From: Rebecca billardiae RCC1528
Taxonomy: Eukaryota; Protista; Haptophyta
Assembly: GCA_965240325.2 (NCBI GenBank)
Contig: OZ251227.1
Location: 2,108,001-2,172,000 of the forward strand
Direction: 5' to 3'
DNA length: 64,000 nucleotides
Shown: piece by piece, positions 23,544-34,395 of the stretch
Layout: every line of letters starts with the position of its first letter
Position numbering within the stretch: the stretch's first letter is position 1
Translations under genes and position numbers: made by a program
Notes under the pieces: generated by a model
Database searches by the model: none
Told to the model about the DNA's origin: nothing
The model's input: the letters and a program-made list of their open reading frames with translations, nothing else

Positions 23544-23710
23544 GTACAGTTTACTAAGAATAAGAGACGCACACAGCTCAGGCAGGCGAGATTAACGACG
23601 TGGTATGCAATAACCACTAATTAAATCTGCCTTTTGATCTGATGATCGAGGATGAACTACAGTTTACTTAAGAATCAGAGACGCACACAGCTCAGACCGG
23701 CGAGATTATT
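23544..23710 (+). repeat. Two copies of a dispersed motif, probably a Tc1/mariner-type end
   Basis: tacagtttact..aagaat.agagacgcacacagctca at about 23545 and 23658; variants at about 33355 and 44000. Confidence 0.6.
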
Positions 23711-23989
23711 TTGATGATCAATACTAACGATAATTATGTGAGTAGGCGAACGACTGAGTGCCAATCACCATGATTAATGATACTACTATTGGTTTAATCA
23801 CTTGGCTTAATTACTGCCTGTGCATATGCCCCTTACGGATGCGGTTCTCGGCGGCGAACACTGAAGGCGAATGACGAATCATGGTCCAGCTTGGTGGGTC
23901 CACGCACGAGCCCGCGTCCCCGCGAGCGGCTTTTACAATACTTACTTGGTAGGTGTGCGACGCTTCGGGCGAGCCAGGCGCTCTTTGAG

Positions 23990-26900
23990 ATGAGAGCGTT
24001 GCAGCGCGCGCTCGGGCTGGTCGCGCTCGCGCTTGCGGCGCGTCCTGTGCGAGGGGGCGTCCTCGTGCTGCGGGACGTGCCGAGCTGCTGCGCCAACCTC
24101 ACCCTGCTCGCCGAGCCCTTTGCATTTGCGAGCCGCGCGTTTGACGTGTCTGGGCCGCTCGTGCACGTCCCGCTTGCGGCCGCGAGCTGCCCACCGCGGC
24201 TAGAGGCCGATCGCGATGCGATCGCGGGGGCGCTCGTCATGATTGACGCGTCGCATGCTTCGCGGTGCTCGCTCGAGGAGCATGCCGCGGAGGCCGCACG
24301 CGCCGGTGCGGCCGCACTGCTGCTGGTGCACCCGTGGCGCGAGGCCTTCCACGTTGTTCCCGGCCACGCGGCACTCGCGTGGCGCCTGGCTGGCCGCGGC
24401 GCGGTGGCGGCCGCCGGTCTCCTGCCCGTCGTCGACATCCAGCAGCCCGAGCTCGCCGCGCTCGTCGGCGCGCTGCAGCGGGGCGAGCGCGCACACGCGC
24501 GCCTCACCGCCACTCCGCTCACGCCATCCGCGTGGGCGCGCATGCACGGCTCGGCCGCGTGGTCACTGTGGCAGGGCGTGCTCACGCTCGGCGCGCTGAC
24601 CGTCATCGAGCTCGCGGCGCTTCGCGTCGAGGCGTTCACCCGCGCCGACGGCGGCGTGCGCCTCAGCTCGATCCCGCAGCTGATGCTGCTGCTCGAGCTG
24701 GCCGCCAACGCGGCGCGCGCGGCGCTGCTCGGCATCGACCCAGAGCTGTCGCGCGGCCGGCTGCCGACGGAGGCGGCGTGCGCGCTGCACGCGTGCGCGC
24801 TGTGGCTCGCGCTCCTCTCCGCCGTGCTCTTCCTCCTCTACTTCTCGCGGCTCAGCACGTCGCAGGGCCTCGGCTCGCTCCAGCTCTCGCGGATCCCCGA
24901 GGTGCCCGAGGAGCGCGCAGCGCGCGGTGCGCTGTTGAGGGCGCGCTGCTGGGAGGCGCGCTCGAGCCCGCTGTGGCTCGCGCTCGTGATGCTCGCGGGC
25001 ACTGCGCTCGGCACAGCCGCGTGCGCGCTCTACGCCACGGAAGCGCTCATCACCCTGCTGCGGATGGGCTTCCTCTGTGTGGACGCGGCGGTGCTCGTGC
25101 CATGCTCGCTCTGGTGGGTGCGCACGCGCGCGCTGGCAAAGGCGAGCGCGCTCCCACGGCTGCTGTCGGAGCGGCTGACGGGGTCGATGCAGCAGATCGT
25201 GATCGCGCGCGTGGTCTCGCTCCTCGCCGGCGTCCCCGCGCTCACCTTCGCCTACTACACCCCGTGGGCGCGCTTCGCCCTGCTCGGCGCGCACGTCGCC
25301 GCCGCGCTCGCGGTGAGCCACGCGCAGTGCGCGCTGCTCCGGCCAATCGGCGTGCGCGTGCTGCGCGGGCCGCTGCGCCGCGCGCTGCTCGCGATCACGG
25401 ACGTGTGGAAGAGCCTGCTCCTCTGCGCGCCGTTCGCCGACGACGAGCTCAGGCCCGAGGGCAGCCCGGGTGGCCCGCGCAAGGCCAGCCTGCGGCTCAA
25501 GCCGCCGATCGTGGTCCGGGAGACCATCCTCGACTCCGGGCCGGTGCCGGCGCACCTGCTGCTCGGCGTCAGCCTCGCGATGATTGACGAGTTCATCTCG
25601 GCGCGCGAGATTCCGGAGGAGGCGACGACGCTCGAGGTGGCGCAGTCCATCCGGGAGCTGACGTCCTCGTCGGCCGGCTGGTCCATCGCCGAGATGTGCG
25701 CCGCTGCGCAGACAGCGGATGGCTGGCCCGCCGTCGCAAAGGCCAACTTGGTGCGAGCACGCGCGCGCCCCGCCGCCTGCGCGCCGCCCCGCGCGCCGGC
25801 TCGGCCCTGATGGCGCGCCGCCCCTCCCCTCCCCTCCCCTCCCCCAACCCCTCCCCCTGCCCGCAGTTCATCTCGCACGCGCAGTGCTGCTCGTTTGCCA
25901 AGATGCTCTCGGCCGTGGTGGCGTACCTCCGGATGCACAGGCTCGAGGCGCAGGGCACGTACCTGTGGCTCGACATCTTCTGTGCGCGCGGCTGTGCGCG
26001 CGCACCGCGGGCGGGCGGGCGGGCGGGGCTCACGCGGCCGCGCGTCCTCCGCCGGCCGCCATGCGCGCTCGCGGTCTCTGACGCCCACGCCCACGCGCGC
26101 GCGGCGCACGCCTCGCGCCGCCACGCCCCTCTGCGCTGCCCCTCCGCGCTGCAGGCATCCGGCAGCACGAGGTGGCGGCGGAGGTGGCGAAGATCGGCGC
26201 GATCGAGCGCTCCGTCGGCCGCGTCGCGATGGTGCTCGGTGCGCACGGCGCGCGCGCACCGCAGCGTGCCCGCGTGCTCGCGCCTGCGCCCGCACGTTGT
26301 TCGACTGCCGCGCGCGCCCGGCGCCCGGTGCACGTATGCGAGTCAGGCAGCCGGGCGACCAGCTGACCCGGCGCGCCCCACCCCGCCCGCGCCCGCGCCG
26401 CGCCGCCGCGCGCAGACCCGTGGGATGCCCCCGTGTGCCTCACGCGCGTGTGGTGCCTGTACGAGGTGGTGCAGTGCTGGCTGCAGGGCGTGCGCTTCGA
26501 GCTGACCATCGCGCCCGACGAGCGCGAGGCGCTGCAGCGCGCGGTGCGCACCGACCTGGCGCGCGTGCAGAGCGCGCTCTCCGCCTTTGACGCGCGCACG
26601 GCCGACGCGACCGTCGAGGCGGACAAGCAGATGATCAACGCGCTCATCTGCGCGCACTTCTCGCCGCTCGGCGCGGCGGGCCACGCCGAGGGCGCCGAGG
26701 GCGGCGGCGGCCTCGAGTGCAGCGAGGCCATGGAGGCGTTCAACACCGCGGTGCGCTCGATGATGCGCACCGCGCTCGGCGGCTTCCTGTGGGACGACAC
26801 GACGCCGTCCGCGGGCAGCCGCAGACGGACGGCAGGGCTGGTCGAGCGCGCGAGCGGGCGCGTGAGCGCCGGCTCGCGCTTCGACGGCATGGAGCTGGGC

Positions 26901-28403
26901 ACCGCCGTGGACTCGGACGACGACCTCGGCCTGAGCGGCGAGCTCGGCCTGATCAGGGAGGTGAGCCACCGGCGCAGCAGCGTCGTCTCGGTAGCGGAGA
27001 GCAGCGTGGGGCCGCTGGACGGCCGCTGCTCGATACTGCCGTGCACTGGCGCGCCTGGCACCGCCGTGGCCGCCGCCGCCGGCTCGGTGTGCAGCAGCAC
27101 TCTCACCAGCAATCTCACCTCGCCCCGCCAGCACTCCTCGAACCAGTCAGACGTGGGCCGGGCGAGCGGCACGGACGTGGGGCGGACGAGCGGCACGAGC
27201 AACTACTCGCTCCGCTCCAGCTTCAGCGGCCTCCTCCGCTGCCGCCCGCGCGCAGCAACAGCTGCGCGGATGCAGCCGTCCAGCCAGGCACTGCACTCGC
27301 ACCCGAGCGGCTCGATGCCCAATCTCGGCGCGAGCGCGGCGATGGTGGAGGGGCCACCGCGGCTCCCGTCCGAGCCCTCGATGGTGTCGGACCGCAGCAG
27401 CAGGCTCACACCCGGCCGGTTCTCGATGCGCGCGCGCAAGGCCAGGGTCGTGCCGCAGGGCGCGCCGTGGCCGCGCCCTGCGATCACCTTGACCGTGGCC
27501 AGCGCGCTGTACAGCGCGGGCGAGCGCAGCAGCAGCCACGCCTCACACTCGCGCAGCCCGTCCGACAACTCGCGCTTCGCGTCGCTGCCGATCAGCCAGC
27601 GCGCGAGCACGAGCGAGACACACTCGGGCCAGCACTCGAGTCGGTGGCTCTCGACGCGGCCTTCGACGAGCGCGTGCCGCTCGTCGCACTCGGGCTCGGG
27701 CGTGTGCCGCTCGTCGCACTCGGGCTCGGGCGTGTGCCGCTCGTCGCACTCGGGCTCGGGCGTGTGCCGCTCGTCGCACTCGGGCGCGTGCCGCACTTCT
27801 CGCGCGGGCGTGTACTCGTCGCAGGCGTCGCACTCGGGCGCGTTCTCGTCGGTGCACTCTGGCTCGTGGTCGTCGGTGGAAGTGTTCCACAAGCGCGCCG
27901 CGCGCAGCCACTCGTCGCTCAACACCTCGAGAGACTCGTCTCCGGCGCTCGGCCACGCGCCGTCGCTCCGAGCGGGCCGGGCGGGCGCGGCCTCTCCGGT
28001 GGGCTGGGGGCTCGTGCGCGCGCGCGTGCAAACGGCGAGAGACATCTCCACGCTGCGGACCGCGGCGCTCGGGCCGGCTGCAGACTCCAAGTCGGCGAGC
28101 TGCAACTTCGACAACTACGGCCACCCGGTTGCTAGCGCCATGCGGTCTCATGGACTGTCGCCGCCGACGCGCAGGATCGAAGGCCCGCCCGGCACCACGT
28201 CAGCGCGTTGCATGGCGTCAGGCGCGCAGCACGCCACGCCGCCCCCGCCGCCACGCGGGCCTGGCCTCAGCCCAGCATGCGCCCTCCCTCAGGCCCGCAG
28301 GCTGCCGCCCTCTGCGCTTCGCGGCACCGTAGCGTCCGCGTCGTCATCCGCATCAGGGCGGTCGACGGCCACCAATACCATCCGGCGTTCCACTTCCACG
28401 TGA
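23990..28403 (+). CDS. Signal peptide - PA-like ectodomain - about 7 TM - TIR-like domain - Ser-rich tail; exons 23990-25750, 25867-25981, 26155-26238, 26416-28403
   Basis: PA-like segment FDVSGPLV...IAGALVMI...CSLEEHAAEAARAGAAALLLV; seven hydrophobic segments; spliced product reads ANLFISHAQ...YLWLDIFCIRQH...MVLDPWDAPVCLTRVWCLYE; all three introns are GT-AG and frame-preserving. Confidence 0.82.
27672..27795 (+). repeat. 30-bp coding minisatellite, about 4 copies (CRSSHSGSGV)
   Basis: gtgccgctcgtcgcactcgggctcgggcgt repeated in tandem. Confidence 0.9.
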
Positions 28404-29551
28404 GCCGCCCAACGGCGGGGACTCCTCGCGGCGAGTGACGACGCGCGCAGATTATTACTTAGCGCTATTAGCGCGCACGTCGTATCGACTAGATCTCGTT
28501 CCGATTATAATAAAGCTAGTCGCGTAGTCTGCTTAGCACATTGACCGCAGCGCGCGTAGTACGCATGCCGTTACAGATGAGTGGCCCGCGCGATGCACGC
28601 GTCGGATCGACCGATGCTGATATAACTCGCTCTTATTCGTCATGACTTTCACGGCATGCATATAGTAGCGCTACTACCGTGCCTCTGCTATCAGGCTCGG
28701 GCAGCCCGTCAGCCGGACTCCGCCCTAGTCAGCACTACGGCTGCGGCTCGCGCGTACTGCTATAGCAGTCGCCATATTCATAGATCGTCATAATATACGT
28801 AGTACTACTGAATTAATTACTACACGTAACAGCGCTGAGCAGTGTAACTTGTCACGCTCGTCACTGGCAACACTCACTGCTATACAGTGCGCTGATGCGC
28901 TGCGCGCTGCTTATACAGCATTCAGCGGCGGCATACGCGCCGCGCCTGCTTCTATCGCGTCGCGTCGTGTGACGCGCGACGTATTTATGAAATGTTGCTA
29001 ACGACTCGGCACTGACGACATTGATGACCGATGCTCGTCGTCGCGTCGACTTGACTCACTGACTAGATACTGAGTCACTTGATCAGCGAGTGTCTTGACG
29101 ACTAGTAGTACGACTACTACGGGCGGACTAGTTACGTCAGCAGACAGCAGTCGTCACTGCGTCCGACTACAGTCAGAGTCAGTGAGCGAGTCGTAGTCGC
29201 ACTTCTGATGATGATGATGGCTGCTATATTCTCATTCTGCGTGACTACTGTACTTTACTGCGCTAAGCTACTCTCACTCTCACTCTCAGAAGACAGAAGG
29301 TACTCATCATCGCGGCGGATATATATTGACTGCGCTGCTGCTCGAAGGCTCGATCTGACGATGATCATTGATCTCTGCGCGTCGATCTAGTGAGACTCTG
29401 ACGACGTGTAGCGTAGTCGCATCAGCAGTAGCTGCAGTAGTGCCATCGAGAACCATGTCTGTGACGTACTCGTAACTCGGCGCCGGTAGCTTATTAGTTA
29501 GCAGACTAGTATAGTTATTATAGTCGTCGTCGTAACAGCACGAATAGTTTT

Positions 29552-29693
29552 ATCACCCTCCAACAGCCCTGAAGATCGCGCGCGTCCCCCGTCCCCTTTT
29601 TCTTTGATCAAAAGATCTGTTTTTGACAACGTAGTTAGTGAGGGCCCCCGGCGGGGCTCCACGCTACGCGCTCCGCCCTGCACCGCGGGCCAT
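29552..29693 (-). mobile_element. Isolated 5' end of the Helentron-like element found at 54618 and 57438
   Basis: Reverse complement of atggcccgcggtgcagggcggagcgcgtagc...gggctgttggagggtga. Confidence 0.85.
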
Positions 29694-30375
29694 GAGACTT
29701 ATATTCGTCATTCGTGGCGCTAGCTGGCATCCGCCGCCTTAACAGGCCTGCGTCGATCTTATTGAGACTCGTCATCTGATGACGAATGATGCTGAAGTGT
29801 CCGATATATTATCAGCAAGTGACACGAGTCGCATATCAATCATGCTCATCAGCAGTATTGCTGCAGTGTCAGTCAGTCATCAGTGTGAGTGGCTAGTGCT
29901 CTCAGTGCCCGATCGCGAAGTTTGTCAGTGTGACGTACTCGGCGGCGGTAGCTTTAGCTTAATGTTATAATTAATATATATATATTATATATATAGTAGC
30001 CATAGTTACTATTATCATAATATATATAATAATAGCAGACTTATTAGTTATTATATAGTGGTAACAGCACGAATATAGTTTTAAGACTTCGTCATTCGTG
30101 GCGCTGCTGGCATCCGATTCCGATTCCGCCTTGCCGCCCTTGCCTGGCTCGGCTCGCATCACACACCCAGCACGGGCCCGAGACGTCGCAGCAGCACCGC
30201 TGCAGCCAAACTAATGCCACGGTGGGTGCTGCCGCACAAGCCTGGTGGCTAGGTGAGGCGACAACGCGTGGCGCCGGCAGAGCGGACACGCATCGTGCCT
30301 ACTGTAGTGTACTTGTAGCGTTGTCGCGCCGGCTTGCCTCGTCAGGGGCGGCGGTGCGCGCCGATGGCGCAGGGC

Positions 30376-32104
30376 TCAGCCCGAGGCATCCGGGAAAGGC
30401 GGCTCGATCGGCGGCACCACGAACTGCAGCGGGCGCGCGAGGGTGGGCAGGATGCAGTACGGGAAGAGGAAGTTGACCACCCCGAGCACCGCGATGTTGG
30501 CGAGGTCAAGAGCCACCAGCACCTTGAGGCCATCCTCGCTGTACGACGGCGGCGCGTCCGGCTCGGCGGGCGGCGCGCGCGGCGGTGCGCTGCCCAGCCC
30601 GAGCGCGCCGAGCAGCGCATCCGGCCCGCGCAGCGCGTCGTCATAGTAGGCGCGCTTGAAGCGCGCGCTCAGCTCCTGCACGAGGACGAGCACCATCACG
30701 CCGGCCGCCGAGCGCTGGCCCACGTGCCACGCGAGCTTGCGCGCCGTCGAAGGCGTGATGTCCTTCCATCGCGCGCGCGCGAACGCGCGCAGCGCGCCGT
30801 AGACGCCGCCGCACGCGCCGGCAGAGAGCACGTCGAGCGGGAGGCCGACGCGCTCGTGGAGCGTCGGCGCGCTCAGCTTCGCCGCCAGCTGCTTCAGCGC
30901 GCCCAGCTGCACGTCGAGCGTGCTCAGGTCCGCCTCAAGCTGGCGGCGCTGCGCCGCGGTCGAGGTCTCGCGCTGGCTGATGCCTGCGTGGGTGGCGCGT
31001 GCGCGCGTCGGGGGGGCGGGAGGGCGCGCGCGGAGGGGGCGTGAGCCCCGCGGCGGTCGGTCGTTCGCGTGCGGCGCGGCGTGGCGCGCGCCCGCGCCGT
31101 GGCCCTCCGCCGCGGCGCGCACCCGACGCCTGCCACAGCGTGCGCGCCTCCGCCGCAGGCGCGTCTCCCAACATGGACAGCGAGTAAGCGCGCGCGGCCT
31201 CGGCATCGCTCTCGAAGGCGGGGGCGTCCGCGGCCATGCGCGAGAGCAGCCGGTTGGCAAGCTCGCCGAGGAAGAGCTTGTTCGGCGAGAGCGACGAGCG
31301 CAGCGCGTCCAGCTCGGTCACGGCCGGCGACTTGAGGACGGCCAGCCGCTGCGTGGGCCACAGGTGGGCGAGTCCCTCGATGCCCGCCTGCGCGGTCTGG
31401 CCGCCGGGCTCCTTGGTGATCATCCACGCGAAGACGCCGGCGTCGAGCGAGGCCTTGCCCTGCGCCGTCCCCGCCGCCTTGCACCCCAGCATGCACGCGT
31501 TCACCAGCACCTCGTCGTGCTGCTCGGGCGGCAGCGTCCTGTACACGCCGAGAATGTTCCACACGCGCTCGACCGCGCCCAGCCGCCAGAGGTCGGTGAC
31601 GAAGGCGGGGTGCTCGGCGGCGAAGGAGAGCAGCGCGATCGCCGTCGGCGCCATGAAGTCCGCCTCCATCGCCGGCCCGCACATGAACTTCATATCGGGC
31701 GAGCGCGCAAACTTGGCGGTGACGGACTCGAAGAGCGCCATCATCATCCCCGCCGCGAGCGGCCAGCCGAGCATGAACATGACTTTGGGCTCGGGGATGG
31801 TCGCCTGCATCTTCTTCTCGTCCATGCCCTTCATGGTCTTCTCAAAGTCCTGCGTGAGCCCCTCGATGCGCCCGTCGTCTGCGAGCATCCAGCCCGCACC
31901 CCAGAAGCCGAGCGCGACGAACGGCAGCATGTACGCGCGGCCAGGGAGGCCCTCGTTGAAGCCGTCGGGGGGCGGCGCCGGCGAGGAGAGCCACCGCGCG
32001 GGTGTTCGTGCGGCTGGCCGCGCGGCTGGCCGTGCCCACGCGGCGCACGCCGCGCTCGCACCGCGCGACGCGGCGCGCGACGCGCACAGCCTGCTCAACA
32101 GCAT
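30376..32104 (-). CDS. Hypothetical membrane protein with a mitochondrial-type presequence; intron 30984-31122
   Basis: Arg/Ala/Ser-rich, acid-free N-terminus (MLLSRLCASRAASRG...ARWLSS), a TM, a helical middle region and C-terminal TMs; the GT-AG intron joins two long ORFs in frame. Confidence 0.7.
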
Positions 32105-32167
32105 GGCGCACGCGCGGCACGCGGACCGCAGCAAGTTCTGGACCCTTTCCGGTTGGTGGGAAGGTCG

Positions 32168-33221
32168 GAGGCCACTCGAGCGACTTCGTGTCAGGCGAGG
32201 CAGATCGCGCCAGTGCGAGGCGAGGCAGACGCTCGCCTGCCTCGCCCAGCAGGCGAGGCAGCTAAGCTAGTAAAGCCGCGGCCGAACTTTACGAAAGCCA
32301 AATGTCTGCCGGTGCGCCGCCCGTCTTTGCGCACGGTGACAAGGGCGCGCGAGGGCGCTTCCTCACGATCCCGAAGAGCGCTGCGCGCGGCGTCGCGTTG
32401 GCGGCGGCAGCGGCGCTGGGGTGTATCTTGCCCATTCTGCTTGGCGGTGCGCGCTCATGACGCCTCGGCCGCCGCCACGCCATGCGCGACCGGGCGTGTC
32501 GCCTTCTTGACGGGCAGTGCACACGCCCTTGCAAGCGCACAGCCGTGAAGAGCCGAGAGCGTCCGTCGCGCGCACGCCGCCCACGCGGGATGAGGTTTCA
32601 GGACTATTCGTATGACACTGAGCGATCGCGCTCTGGCATGTGCGAGCCATGATGACCATGGGTAGCAACTACGATGACCACTGCTCACCTGCATTTCAGC
32701 CGATGACATCCTCTCGTTCAGCGATCTTGACTGCTCTGAACGCATGGCGAACTCGGCGGAGCGCATGGGCAAGGTGGCTTCGTTGATAACACAAAGCATC
32801 CCGCGTGGGCGGCGTGCGCGCGACGGACGCTCTCGGCTCTTCACGGCTGTGCGCTTGCAAGGGCGTGTGCACTGCCCGTCAAGAAGGCGACACGCCCGGT
32901 CGCGCATGGCGTGGCGGCGGCCGAGGCGTCATGAGCGCGCACCGCCAAGCAGAATGGGCAAGATACACCCCAGCGCCGCTGCCGCCGCCAACGCGACGCC
33001 GCGCGCAGCGCTCTTCGGGATCGTGAGGAAGCGCCCTCGCGCGCCCTTGTCACCGTGCGCAAAGACGGGCGGCGCACCGGCAGACATTTGGCTTTCGTAA
33101 AGTTCGGCCGCGGCTTTACTAGCTTAGCTGCCTCGCCTGCTGGGCGAGGCAGGCGAGCGTCTGCCTCGCCTCGCACTGGCGCGATCTGCCTCGCCTGACA
33201 CGAAGTCGCTCGAGCGGCCTC
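32168..33221. mobile_element. Non-autonomous fold-back element C (GAG...CTC termini, 5-bp TSD)
   Basis: Near-perfect arms 32168-32592 and 32797-33221; TSD ggtcg at 32163-32167 and 33222-33226; subterminal GCGAGGCAG repeats. Confidence 0.93.
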
Positions 33222-34395
33222 GGTCGCCAAGAACCAATCCGGGCGGTCGATTCTTATATTTTATTTTATTCGCCCATCGTAGTTTTATTTATTAGCGGAT
33301 GACTGTCTTGAGAGTAATATTATAATTGAGGAAGTCAACTTGCTGAGTCACGACCACAGTTGACCAAGATTAAGAGACGCACACAGCTCATTGGCAGGCG
33401 AGATTGACGACAGTATCGTCTATCGAGTATCGAGCGCCGCTGCCGGCTGCCGCCGACCGAATCCGTCACTCTCCTATCTATTAGGCGGCAGTCAGGCGGA
33501 CCAGCAGCCGTCCGCGGAGCCGGAGGCCGCCGCACGGCCACGGGCACGGGCACTGCCACTAGGCACTACCGCACGGCGCACTACGGGCACGGCCAACCGG
33601 GCGGGCCACGGGCCCACGTTCGGTCGAACGCCGGAACGGTCGCCGGATTTAGATCATTGAATGATATCGATCATCGAGGGATTGTCGGAATCGACACTCG
33701 CCGCTGTCGCCGTCGAAATCCCGGAGTCGATTTATCCTCGGATACTTTCCGCAGTTGATCGACTGTGATCAATTATAAGCGTACTCAATACCGTAGTTGC
33801 TTAATTTATAATAATTAGTGTCTAGTGAGTAGTGACGCGATGATAATGATGACATATTATATACAACGACCCGTCGATCTACCGGCAGCGGCTCAAAGGC
33901 ACTAGTACCGAGTCGGCCAACGGCAACAGTGAGTCTACATGACTCATGAGAGTGATGAGGCACTTGAGAGTTGAGCCTTGAGGCACGGTGGCGGTCGACA
34001 CGCGCCTGACTGACAGTGACACGGGTTAAGACTCGCCACTCGGCCTCGGCCTCGGGCCGCCCCCCCCCCCCGCGCGGCCGTTACGACAGCCCGTGACTCA
34101 GTGCTCGGCAGACAGTCGCGCGGTCGCGCAGATGTGAGATGACCGATGACGATCGAGCACCTTAGCACCAACACCGGTGTCCGGTCCCGGACCCGTCAGG
34201 CGTCACTGTCACAGACCCGACTCACCGCGCCGCCGGTCCGCCCTCGGCCCCGCCGGCCTCGCGAGTCACGCCCTTGACCCGTCAGCACGGCCACCTGACA
34301 GCCAGCTCGCCGGTCACCTGTATTAACCCATCACGGAGAGTCTGGCCCATGCGCTGCGCGGATCGCATCCGCTCCCGCCGGGCCGGGCTCCCTGC

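Noticed and set aside
30376-30983. Tim17/22-like domain in the mitochondrial-type protein
   Set aside because: Only one GxxGG-containing helix; insufficient support
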